From: Betaproteobacteria bacterium SG8_41 | GTDB taxonomy: Bacteria; Pseudomonadota; Gammaproteobacteria; Burkholderiales; SG8-41 | Assembly: GCA_001303585.1 (NCBI GenBank) | Contig: LJTT01000007.1 | Span: 7,195 to 71,194, forward strand | DNA: 64,000 nucleotides | Direction: 5' to 3' | Part shown: piece by piece, positions 52,507 through 61,161 of the stretch | Position numbering within the stretch: position 1 is the stretch's first letter | Layout: each line of letters opens with the position of its first letter | Program-made: the position numbers and the translations under genes | Notes under the pieces: model-generated | The model's input: only the letters and a program-made list of their open reading frames with translations | What the model was told of the DNA's origin: nothing | The model's database searches: none

Positions 52507-53595
52507 TCAAGCATAGCCAACGCTGTGCCGGTCCAGCGCCACGGCCTTGATCAAAGCATAGGCACTCGCGCCTTCGCGCAGCCCGAGCTCATGCAAAGAC
52601 TGCCGCGTGATACGCGCAACCAGCATTGCTCCGCCTGCATCGAGCTGCACCTCGGCAATCGGGCCGTCCGATTCCACGATCGCGGCGACGCGTCCCTTTA
52701 CGATGTTGCGGAACGTCGTGGCACCTGGCCGCTCCAGCGCCAGTGCGACGTCGCGCGCCCGTACACGCACGCGGACCGACTCACCAACCAGCGCATCGAC
52801 ACCCGTGACGAACAGTTCGCCGCCCGCAAATTCAAGGCGCGTGATCTCGTAGGCGAGATCGTGCGCAGCGACCCGGGCTTCGATCACCGCCCCGGCTTCG
52901 AACCGGCCGGTGAAGGGTGCCAGGTCCAGCCGGCTCATGATGTCACGCACCGTGCCCTGCGCTACCACGCTGCCTTCCGACAGCACGACCATGGTATGGG
53001 CGAGCCGGGTGACTTCCTCGATCGAATGACTCACATAAACGATCGGCACGCTGAGCTCATCGCGCAAGCGCTCGATATAACGGAGTACTTCAGCCTTGCG
53101 CAGGTTGTCGAGCGATGCCAACGGCTCATCCATCAACAGCATGCGCGGGCTTGCCAGAAGCGCGCGCCCGATGGCAACGCGCTGCTTCTCGCCGCCCGAG
53201 AGTGCGCCAGGCCAGCGTTCGAGAAGATCCTCGATGCCGAGGAGACCAACCACTTCGTCCAGGCCCACGCTACGCTCGGAGGCTGGCGTTCGGCGAAATC
53301 CGTACAAGAGATTGGCGCGCACCGTGAGATGGGGAAGCAGCCGCCCTTCCTGGAAGATGTAGCCGAGGCGCCGACGATGAGGTGGCACGTCGGTGCCGCG
53401 CTCGCTGTCGAAGACGACGCTTTCATTGAGCACGACGCGCCCTCGGTCCGGCCGAACCAGGCCCGCAACCAGATTGGTCAGCGTCGTCTTGCCTGAACCC
53501 GAGCGGCCGAAAAGTGCCGTCACCTTGCCCTCGGCACGAAAACGCGCATCCAGCCGGAACACGCCCAGCTGCTTGGTCACGTCGAGTTCAAGCAT
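52507..53595 (-). CDS. modC: Molybdate ABC transporter ATPase
   Basis: GRSGSGKT, LSGGEKQRVAIGRAL, MDEP, C-terminal TOBE domain. Confidence 0.95.
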   Translation of the reverse strand: MLELDVTKQLGVFRLDARFRAEGKVTALFGRSGSGKTTLTNLVAGLVRPDRGRVVLNESVVFDSERGTDVPPHRRRLGYIFQEGRLLPHLTVRANLLYGFRRTPASERSVGLDEVVGLLGIEDLLERWPGALSGGEKQRVAIGRALLASPRMLLMDEPLASLDNLRKAEVLRYIERLRDELSVPIVYVSHSIEEVTRLAHTMVVLSEGSVVAQGTVRDIMSRLDLAPFTGRFEAGAVIEARVAAHDLAYEITRLEFAGGELFVTGVDALVGESVRVRVRARDVALALERPGATTFRNIVKGRVAAIVESDGPIAEVQLDAGGAMLVARITRQSLHELGLREGASAYALIKAVALDRHSVGYA

Positions 53596-54286
53596 GGCGG
53601 CCCTGGACGCGCCTGCTCGCGCGCCGCACCAGAATTTCCGAAACGAACAGCACAGCCAGAGAAAGAACCACCGCGACGATGCTCAGCCGCAGCGCCTGGG
53701 CGTCTCCTCCCGGAACTTGCGTGAAGGAATAAATCGCGATCGGCAATGTGCGGGTCTCGCCCGGGATATTCGAGACGAAGGTGATGGTTGCGCCGAATTC
53801 GCCAAGGCTACGCGCGAAGGAGAGCAGCGCGCCGGTCACGACGCCGGGCATGATGAGCGGCAGCGTGACAGTGAAGAATACCTCGCGCGGCCCCGCGCCC
53901 AGCGTCGCGGCGGCCGCCTCGAGACCCCGGTCGACGCTCTCCAACGAGAGGCGAATAGCCCTCACCATCAGGGGGAATCCCATTACCGCGGCCGCCAGGG
54001 CGGCGCCGGTCCAGCGAAAAACAAATACGATCCCGAACTGCTCCTTGAGAAAGCCTCCAATCGGGCCATTGACCCCCATGAGGACCAGCAGGAAATAGCC
54101 GACCACGACAGGGGGCAGCACCAGGGGCAGATGCACCACCGCGTCGATCAGCGTCTTTCCTGGAAACTCCGCCCGCGCAAGTAGCATTGCAATCCCAATG
54201 GCGAAAGGCAGGCTGAATGCCACGCTCCACAAGGCGACCTTGAGGCTCAGCTGGATCGCGTCGATCTCGTCAGGTCCCAACCACAT
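53588..54286 (-). CDS. modB: Molybdate ABC transporter permease
   Basis: HLPLVLPPVVVG, EAA motif, FARSLGEFGAT. Confidence 0.95.
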   Translation of the reverse strand: MWLGPDEIDAIQLSLKVALWSVAFSLPFAIGIAMLLARAEFPGKTLIDAVVHLPLVLPPVVVGYFLLVLMGVNGPIGGFLKEQFGIVFVFRWTGAALAAAVMGFPLMVRAIRLSLESVDRGLEAAAATLGAGPREVFFTVTLPLIMPGVVTGALLSFARSLGEFGATITFVSNIPGETRTLPIAIYSFTQVPGGDAQALRLSIVAVVLSLAVLFVSEILVRRASRRVQGRHA

Positions 54287-54320
54287 CGTCTAGAGCGCAC
54301 CCTGAAAATCAAAAATGAAT

Positions 54321-54373
54321 AAACTACAGATAAACGCAGATGAACGCGGATAAGAAAACGACCTAAATCCGCG
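54321..54373. repeat. Decamer-family element between modA and modB
   Basis: AAACTACAGATAAACGCAGATGAACGCGGAT ... ATCCGCG. Confidence 0.75.
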
Positions 54374-54431
54374 CTTTTTCTCCTTTTGGGCAACCAACGG
54401 CGAGTGCATTTCTTGCCTTTCGAGATGGCTT

Positions 54432-55202
54432 CTAGTGCTCCATCGCAAAGCCGTGTCGCGTGAACACGGTGTCTGCCTCGACCGAGCGCAGAAATTCGAG
54501 CAACGCTCGTGCACGCTCCTTTTTCTTCGAAGTCGAGACAATCGCGCCCGGGTAGACGATTGCGGGATGCGTATCCTGGGGAAACTCCCCCACGATGCGC
54601 ACGCGCTTCACTGCCAGGACATCCGTCCGGTAGACGATACCCAGCGGCGCTTCGCCCCTTGCGACCAGCGCGACGGCGCCCCGAACGTTGTCCGTTCTCG
54701 CGACACGCTGGGCCACCGAGCGCCACACCTCCAGCGTTTCAAGCGCAGCTTTGCCGTAAAGGCCCGCTGGCACATGGTCCGGATCGGCCATGGCAAGCCA
54801 CCCGTCTCCCAGGGCTTGTGCCAGGGGAAAGCGCGGAGCAATGGACAACTGGACCTTCGCGGTCAAGGGTGCGATCAGCACCAGGCGGTTACGCAGCAGA
54901 TCGGCGCGGCTGCCACTCTCGATTCGACCGAGCCCTTCCAGATAATCCATCCACCTGGCGTTGGCCGAAATGATCACATCGGCCGGGGCGCCCTGCGCGA
55001 TCTGCCGCGCAAGGGCGCTGCTACTCGCGTACGAGACCGCTAACGTCACTCCTGTTGTCCTTTTGTATAACTGCGCCGCCGCGCCCAACGCGTCCTGCAG
55101 GCTCGCGGCCGCGAAGATCAGGAGCTCTTCGGCCCTAACCGCGGGCGCGTGCAGCAGAACCGACAACGCCAGGACCGCCAACCACCTAGACCTCCCTGTC
55201 AC
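54432..55202 (-). CDS. modA: Molybdate-binding periplasmic protein
   Basis: FAAASL, YASSSALARQI, ISAN, VPAGLYG, GIVYRTD. Confidence 0.95.
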   Translation of the reverse strand: MTGRSRWLAVLALSVLLHAPAVRAEELLIFAAASLQDALGAAAQLYKRTTGVTLAVSYASSSALARQIAQGAPADVIISANARWMDYLEGLGRIESGSRADLLRNRLVLIAPLTAKVQLSIAPRFPLAQALGDGWLAMADPDHVPAGLYGKAALETLEVWRSVAQRVARTDNVRGAVALVARGEAPLGIVYRTDVLAVKRVRIVGEFPQDTHPAIVYPGAIVSTSKKKERARALLEFLRSVEADTVFTRHGFAMEH

Positions 55203-55221
55203 TCCCCACCCCGTGCGGACG

Positions 55222-55245
55222 CGTTATATACGGTTAAATATAACG
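55222..55245. promoter_or_regulatory. ModE box
   Basis: CGTTATATA-CGGTTA-AATATAACG matches CG(C/T)TATATA-N6-TATATAACG; 20-43 bp upstream of modA. Confidence 0.85.
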
Positions 55246-55286
55246 GCTGCCGCTCTCTCTTGGCAATTCCTGCTTTCGGCACTGGA

Positions 55287-55661
55287 TCAGCGCTTACCCG
55301 GGCGCGTTGTGTCGGGCCGGCGGAGGTGCCGGTTGAATTCCCTCAGATCGCGAGCGATGGCGATTGAGGCCTTGTGCTCCATGCGGCGATAGGCCTGCAC
55401 CAGTTCCCGCCCGAACTCGGTCACTCGCGCGCCCCCGCCCCGGCGCCCGCCGATCTCGGTCAGGACCACCGGTTGCAGGAAACTCTCGTTAAGCGCGTCG
55501 ACGAGCTGCCAGGCGCGGCGGTAGGACATGCCCATCGCCCGCGCCGCGGCGGAAATCGACCCCGTTTCATCGATGTGGGCGACGAGCGCAGCTTTGCCCG
55601 GCCCGATTGCGGGAGAATCCTTGGCGAGAATGCGTAGCGTGAGACCCCGGTAGCGCGGCAT
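55287..55661 (-). CDS. Short ModE-family winged-helix regulator (no molybdate-binding domain)
   Basis: IGPGKAAL..IDETGSISAAARAMGMSYRRAWQLV, GGRRGGGA.VT; 124 aa. Confidence 0.88.
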   Translation of the reverse strand: MPRYRGLTLRILAKDSPAIGPGKAALVAHIDETGSISAAARAMGMSYRRAWQLVDALNESFLQPVVLTEIGGRRGGGARVTEFGRELVQAYRRMEHKASIAIARDLREFNRHLRRPDTTRPGKR

Positions 55662-55701
55662 GTGATGAATTCTACCGCTGCCAATGCCCACCTGAGCAGC
55701 C

Positions 55702-56538
55702 CTATCGGCCAGATGTTTTCGCGTTCGGGAAGAACAGCTGCTGCCCATTGATCTTGTAGTGCGCGATCGCCTTTTGCCCGTCCCGCGAGAGGATCCAGTC
55801 GATGAACGCCAGGCCGGGGCCGCGTTTCACGTGCGGATGTCTCGCTGGATTGACCAGCATCACCCCGTATTGGTTGAACAAGCGCTCGTCGCCCTCGAGC
55901 GCGACGATTAGCTCTCCCTTGTTACCAAAGGACAACCAGGTGCCGCGATCGGTCAGCGTGTACGCGTTCATGCCCGAGGCCGTATTCAGTGTTGCGCCCA
56001 TCCCCGAGCCAGTTTCTCGATACCACTGCCCGGTCGCCTTCGTCGGATTGATGCCTGCTGCTTTCCAAAGGCGCAGCTCCGCCGCATGCGTGCCGCTGCG
56101 ATCGCCGCGCGAAGTAAACGGCGCCCCGGTGTCATGAATCTTCGCGAGCGCCTCGATTGCATCCTTCATGCCGACGATCCCGGCCGGATCGGACTTCGGC
56201 CCGACGATGACAAAATCGTTGTACATGACGTCATGCCGTTCCACAAACCAGCCCTCCTTCACCATCCGGAGCTCCGCAGCCTTGTCGTGGACGAACACGA
56301 CGTCGCAGTCGCCACGTTTCCCGATATCGAGCGCTTGGCCGGTCCCCTGCGCAACCACGCGGACTTCGATGCCGGTCCTCTGCTTGAAGACTGGCAGGAT
56401 ATGCCTGAATAGCCCGGAGTTCTCCGTCGAAGTGGTCGACGACACGGTTATGAATCTCTGGGCTCCGGGCACACCCGGCGCCGCCAGTAACATGCACGAA
56501 GCCAAAACCCCGCTCCACAGCCTACGCGTCAATTCCAT
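55702..56538 (-). CDS. tupA: Tungstate ABC transporter substrate-binding protein
   Basis: STTSTENSGL, GTGQAL, MYNDFVIVGP, SRGDRSGTH, GMG, DRGT, LFNQY. Confidence 0.9.
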   Translation of the reverse strand: MELTRRLWSGVLASCMLLAAPGVPGAQRFITVSSTTSTENSGLFRHILPVFKQRTGIEVRVVAQGTGQALDIGKRGDCDVVFVHDKAAELRMVKEGWFVERHDVMYNDFVIVGPKSDPAGIVGMKDAIEALAKIHDTGAPFTSRGDRSGTHAAELRLWKAAGINPTKATGQWYRETGSGMGATLNTASGMNAYTLTDRGTWLSFGNKGELIVALEGDERLFNQYGVMLVNPARHPHVKRGPGLAFIDWILSRDGQKAIAHYKINGQQLFFPNAKTSGR

Positions 56539-57236
56539 GGCAGCTCTGCTCTTATGAACGCAGCAGCTTCCGCTGAGGCAGGCTGCTTGAAAAATTGCTC
56601 GACCGGTGAGCGCTCGACCAGGCGACCGTGACTTAGAAAGAGGATTTCGTCGCCCAGGCGCCTGGCCTGCCCGAGGTTGTGTGTGCTCATGATGATCTTG
56701 GTGCCTCCAGCGCAGATCTGGTTGATGATGCTTTCCACATCGCGCGTAGCGTTGGGATCCAGGTTCGCCGTCGGCTCATCGAGAAACAGCACTTCCGGGT
56801 TCAGCGCCCAGGCCCGCGCCAGCGCCAGCCGTTGTTGCTCGCCGCCGGAAAGGACGCGGGCAGGCCGTCCCGACACGGCCGACAAATCGACGGCGTCCAG
56901 GACGTCCGCAGCCCGCAACTCACGTTCGGCCCGCGAGACACCCGCCAGCTTGAGCCCGTAGACGACATTCGCGAGCGCGGAGCGGCGGAGCATGACCGGC
57001 CGCTGAAAGACCATCGCCTGGCGGCTGCCGTCGGCACTTCCCGCACCGCGCCAGATGATCCTACCGGCACTCGCAGGCAACAACCCGTGGCAGAGGCGCA
57101 TGAGCACGCTCTTACCCGCCCCGTTAGGGCCGAGGATAACCGTGCGCGGCCCCGCACCGATTTCAACGGATACGTGATCGATGAGCGTCCGCCCGTTGAT
57201 GGCGAAAGAGACGTCCCTCAGCTCGAGCGGCAACAT
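56529..57236 (-). CDS. tupC: Tungstate ABC transporter ATPase
   Basis: GPNGAGKS, LSGGEQQRLALARA, LDEPTANLD; between tupB and tupA. Confidence 0.87.
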   Translation of the reverse strand: MLPLELRDVSFAINGRTLIDHVSVEIGAGPRTVILGPNGAGKSVLMRLCHGLLPASAGRIIWRGAGSADGSRQAMVFQRPVMLRRSALANVVYGLKLAGVSRAERELRAADVLDAVDLSAVSGRPARVLSGGEQQRLALARAWALNPEVLFLDEPTANLDPNATRDVESIINQICAGGTKIIMSTHNLGQARRLGDEILFLSHGRLVERSPVEQFFKQPASAEAAAFIRAELPWN

Positions 57237-57246
57237 GCGGAGGCCC

Positions 57247-57951
57247 TCAACCGTAGCGGCGCAGGGCCGCCTCCCTGATCAAGTTTGCGGCAGCGTTCAC
57301 CATGATTACCAGGCCGACGAGTATGATCCCGAGCCCCAGCGCAAGTGGCAGGTCGCCCTTGCTGGTCTCGAGCGCGATCGCTGTGGTCATCACCCGAGTG
57401 ACGCCGTCGATGTTGCCGCCGACGATCATCACGGCGCCCACCTCGGCCGCCGCCCGACCGAACCCGGCGAGCATCACGGTGATCAGCGAAAATCGCGTGT
57501 CCCAAAGCAGGGTAAACGCCGCGTTCAGTCGTTTCGCGCCCAGGGAGCGCAGCTGCTCTTCATATTCGCGCCACGCATCCTCGATCGTCTGCCGGGAGAG
57601 GGCCGCTATGATCGGCGTTACGAGCACAGCTTGCGCGATCACCATTGCTGCGGGCGTAAAAAGGATGCCGAATTCCCCCAGCGGACCCGCACGCGACAGC
57701 AGCAAGTAGACCACCAGCCCCACGACCACTGGCGGCAAGCCCATCAGCGCATTAAGCAGCACAATGATCGAGCCCCGGCCCCGAAACCGCCCGACCGCCA
57801 ACGCCGCGCCCAGGGGAAAGCCCGCGACGGCAGCGAATGCGACAGCCGCCACGCTCACTTCGAGGCTCAAGGTGACAATTTCGACTAGCTTGGCATCCAG
57901 CGCGCCGATAAGCCCGAATGCTTCTGCAAAAGCCCGGTTGAGATCGTTCAT
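57247..57951 (-). CDS. tupB: Tungstate ABC transporter permease
   Basis: MGLPPVVVGL, LLSRAGPLG, GFGRAAAEVGAVMIVGGNI, TRVMTTAIALETSKG. Confidence 0.9.
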   Translation of the reverse strand: MNDLNRAFAEAFGLIGALDAKLVEIVTLSLEVSVAAVAFAAVAGFPLGAALAVGRFRGRGSIIVLLNALMGLPPVVVGLVVYLLLSRAGPLGEFGILFTPAAMVIAQAVLVTPIIAALSRQTIEDAWREYEEQLRSLGAKRLNAAFTLLWDTRFSLITVMLAGFGRAAAEVGAVMIVGGNIDGVTRVMTTAIALETSKGDLPLALGLGIILVGLVIMVNAAANLIREAALRRYG

Positions 57952-58097
57952 ATTCGTGGTGGCTCGGCTCCGAGTAACGAATTCTAAGAGAAATCTGCAG
58001 CGCGCTGGGGCTTTCCGGAAGGCAGGCCCTGCTTCGTCGACACCGCGAATCCTGTAGAATTTCCGCTGGGGGCAACACCGCACACAGAGGTCATCCG

Positions 58098-59372
58098 GTG
58101 AACGATCCAATGCAAACGATTCGTGAACTGAGCTGCGCTGACGATTACGACCCTAATTCGATGCCGGTTGCGAAGGCGCGCGAGGTCATTGCCCGTTTTC
58201 TCGACCCGGTCTCCGCGGTGGAACGTGTCCACGTGCGCGCCGGCCTGGGTCGCGTGCTGGCCGAGGACATCACTTCCCCCCTGGATGTGCCTGCGCATGA
58301 CAACTCCGCGATGGACGGCTACGCAGTGCGCTTTTCCGACCTGAAACCCGCGGGAGAGACAACGCTCAAGGTTGCCGGTAATGCATTCGCGGGCGCGCCT
58401 TTCGCCGGCGCCATGCAACCGGGCGAGTGCGTGCGCATCATGACGGGGGGTGTCATTCCGGCGGGCGCCGACACCATCGTCATGCAGGAGCATGTCAAAG
58501 CCGCCGGCGACCAGGTCACGATCGCAGCTGGTCACAGAAAAGGCCAGAATCTGCGGCGCGCCGGAGAAGATCTGACTGCCGGGCAAGTGGCGCTCAAGCG
58601 CGGTTCCGAGCTGCGGCCCGCCGATATCGGCCTCATCGCGTCGCTCGGCATCGGCGAAGTCATGGTCTACCGCAGGCTCCGGGTCGCTTTCTTCTCCACC
58701 GGCGACGAGCTGGTCTCGGTCGGGACTGTGCCAAAGGAGGGGCAGATCTACGACAGCAACCGCTACACGATCCACGGCATGCTGACCCGCCTCGGCTGCG
58801 AGGTGATCGATATGGGCGTCGTGCGCGATGATCCAGCGCTGCTGGAACAGGCCTTCAGGCAGGCAGCTGCGGCGGCCGATGTCGTCATCACCAGCGGCGG
58901 CGTTTCGGTGGGCGAAGCCGATTTCGTGAAGGATCTGCTGAACAAGCTGGGCGAGGTGGTGTTCTGGAAGATAGCCATGAAGCCGGGCCGCCCCCTCGCC
59001 TACGGCAAGATCGCCGGCGCCCATTTCTTTGGCCTGCCAGGCAACCCCGTCTCCGTCATGGTGACGTTCTACCAGTTCGTGCGGCATGCGCTGCTGCGTC
59101 TTTCCGGACGCGATCCCGTGCCGACCTTGCCGACGTTCAAGGTTCCCTGCACGTCAGGCCTGAAAAAGGCACCCGGGCGCACGGAGTTCCAGCGCGGGAT
59201 CCTGTCCCAGGACGCGGGCGGTGCCTGGAGCGTGCGCGTCACGGGAGAACAAGGCTCGGGCGTCCTGCGCTCGATGTCCGAAGCTAATTGTTTCATCATC
59301 CTTCCGACCGAACAGGGCAACGTTTCAGCGGGGACGCTCGTCGACGTGCAGGTCATGGATGGCGTAGTCTGA
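58098..59372 (+). CDS. moeA: Molybdopterin molybdotransferase
   Basis: SAMDGYA, RIMTG, STGDEL, TSGGVSVG, KPGRP, GLPGNPVS, QGSG. Confidence 0.96.
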   Translation: MNDPMQTIRELSCADDYDPNSMPVAKAREVIARFLDPVSAVERVHVRAGLGRVLAEDITSPLDVPAHDNSAMDGYAVRFSDLKPAGETTLKVAGNAFAGAPFAGAMQPGECVRIMTGGVIPAGADTIVMQEHVKAAGDQVTIAAGHRKGQNLRRAGEDLTAGQVALKRGSELRPADIGLIASLGIGEVMVYRRLRVAFFSTGDELVSVGTVPKEGQIYDSNRYTIHGMLTRLGCEVIDMGVVRDDPALLEQAFRQAAAAADVVITSGGVSVGEADFVKDLLNKLGEVVFWKIAMKPGRPLAYGKIAGAHFFGLPGNPVSVMVTFYQFVRHALLRLSGRDPVPTLPTFKVPCTSGLKKAPGRTEFQRGILSQDAGGAWSVRVTGEQGSGVLRSMSEANCFIILPTEQGNVSAGTLVDVQVMDGVV

Positions 59373-59379
59373 CAGGACC

Positions 59380-59468
59380 GTGAGCGGCTGGCAGCAAGAT
59401 CCCTCTGCCGGGCATATGCTGTTGACGGCTCACGGCTTACCGCTTACCCCTTACCGCTTACCGTTTAC
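59380..59468. repeat. Heptamer element between moeA and the fumarase gene
   Basis: Right arm TGTTGAC GGCTCAC GGCTTAC CGCTTAC CCCTTAC CGCTTAC CGTTTAC; short left arm GTGAGCG. Confidence 0.75.
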
Positions 59469-59498
59469 TCCATACAAGCTCATCAGCAAGGAATCACC

Positions 59499-61019
59499 AT
59501 GACGGTCATCAAGCAGAGCGATTTCATCCAGAGCATCGCCGACGCCTTCCAGTTCATCTCCTTTTATCATCCGGCGGACTTTATCAAGGCGATGGCAGAG
59601 GCCTACGAGCATGAGCAATCACCGGCTGCGAAAAACGCCATCGCCCAGATCCTGATCAATTCGCGCATGTCGGCCGAGGGTCACCGTCCCATCTGCCAGG
59701 ACACCGGCATAGCCGTCGTCTTCGTCAAGGCGGGGATGAACGTGAGCTGGGATGCGACCATGAGCGTCCAGGAAATGGTGGACGAAGGCGTGCGGCGCGC
59801 CTACACCGACAAGGACAATCCCCTGCGCGCATCGGTGCTGTCGGATCCCGATGGGCACCGCAAGAACACGCGCGACAATACTCCCGCGGTGGTGCACATG
59901 GAAATCGTGCCCGGTGACCGAATAGAGGTAAAGCTCGCGGCCAAGGGCGGCGGCTCGGAAAGCAAGTCGCGCTTCGCGGTTCTCAATCCAAGCGACGATG
60001 TCGTGGAATGGATCCTCGGTCAGATTCCGACGATGGGCGGCGACTGGTGCCCGCCCGGAATGCTCGGCGTCGGCATTGGCGGCACGCCTGAAAAAGCGAT
60101 GGTCATGGCCAAGGAATCGCTGATGGCGCCGATCAACCTTCACGAGCTCAGAAAGCGTGGCCCGAAAAACCGCGCGGAGGCGCTGCGGCTCGAGCTCCAC
60201 GAGAAAGTCAACGCCCTCGGCATGGGTGCGCAGGGCCTGGGTGGCCTCACCACCGTGCTGGACGTGAAGGTCCTGGACTACGCCACGCACGCCGTCATGA
60301 AACCGGTTGCCATCGTGCCCAACTGTGCCGCGACCCGCCACATCGAGTTTCACCTTGACGGCAGCGGCGCGGCGCGCTTTGAAGCACCAAGCCTCGAGAA
60401 CTGGCCTAAGCTCGCCCTCGATCTCTCCAGCGGCGCGAAGCGCGTCAACCTCGAGACGCTCACGAAGTCGGAGACGGCGACGTGGAAGGCAGGCGACCGG
60501 CTGCTGCTCACCGGCAAGATCGTCACCGGCCGCGACGCCGCACACAAGCGGCTGACGGACCTTATCGCGAAGGGGGAGAAGCTGCCGGTCGACCTCACGA
60601 ACCGCCTCATCTACTACGTGGGTCCGGTCGATGCCGTGCGTGACGAGGCCGTCGGGCCGGCAGGCCCGACGACTTCGCGCCGCATGGACAAGTTCATGGA
60701 CGCGATGCTTGGCCAGACCGGCTTGCTGGGATCGATCGGCAAATCGGAGCGCGGCGCCCAGGCGATCGACGCGATCAAGCGCCACCAGGGCGTTCATCTC
60801 ATCGCAGTCGGTGGCGCGGCCTACCTCGTATCGAAGGCGATCCGCGCCGCGCGCGTGCTGGCGTTCCAGGATCTTGGTATGGAAGCGATCCACGAATTCG
60901 ATGTGAAGGATATGCCCGTGACCGTCGCGGTGGATACGGGCGGCAACGCCGTACACGAGAGCGGCCCGCGCGAGTGGCGGGCCAGGATCGGCAAGATTCC
61001 GGTAACGGTGCGGGCCTGA
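59499..61019 (+). CDS. Class I [4Fe-4S] fumarate hydratase family
   Basis: PICQDTG, KGGGSE, WCPPG, PNCAATRH, GRDAAH, GPTT..RM, GKSER. Confidence 0.9.
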   Translation: MTVIKQSDFIQSIADAFQFISFYHPADFIKAMAEAYEHEQSPAAKNAIAQILINSRMSAEGHRPICQDTGIAVVFVKAGMNVSWDATMSVQEMVDEGVRRAYTDKDNPLRASVLSDPDGHRKNTRDNTPAVVHMEIVPGDRIEVKLAAKGGGSESKSRFAVLNPSDDVVEWILGQIPTMGGDWCPPGMLGVGIGGTPEKAMVMAKESLMAPINLHELRKRGPKNRAEALRLELHEKVNALGMGAQGLGGLTTVLDVKVLDYATHAVMKPVAIVPNCAATRHIEFHLDGSGAARFEAPSLENWPKLALDLSSGAKRVNLETLTKSETATWKAGDRLLLTGKIVTGRDAAHKRLTDLIAKGEKLPVDLTNRLIYYVGPVDAVRDEAVGPAGPTTSRRMDKFMDAMLGQTGLLGSIGKSERGAQAIDAIKRHQGVHLIAVGGAAYLVSKAIRAARVLAFQDLGMEAIHEFDVKDMPVTVAVDTGGNAVHESGPREWRARIGKIPVTVRA

Positions 61020-61161
61020 CGCCCTGCTCCCGGCTGCGCACCGCTTCGCGACCGGCGCAGCGGCTACGGTTCGATCGCAGGGGAAGCGCGGCAAGCGAGC
61101 TTCTGTGCGCGTCCAGCAACGGCCTCGACGTGATGGGAAAGGGTTACGGGCGCTCAGGCAC

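Noticed and set aside
57952-58097. Moco/Tuco riboswitch between tupB and moeA
   Set aside because: No recognisable conserved motif; it looks like a divergent promoter (TAGAAT).
4823-59468. Repeat arrays as CRISPR
   Set aside because: Units are 7-10 bp in tandem without unique spacers, and no cas genes are present.
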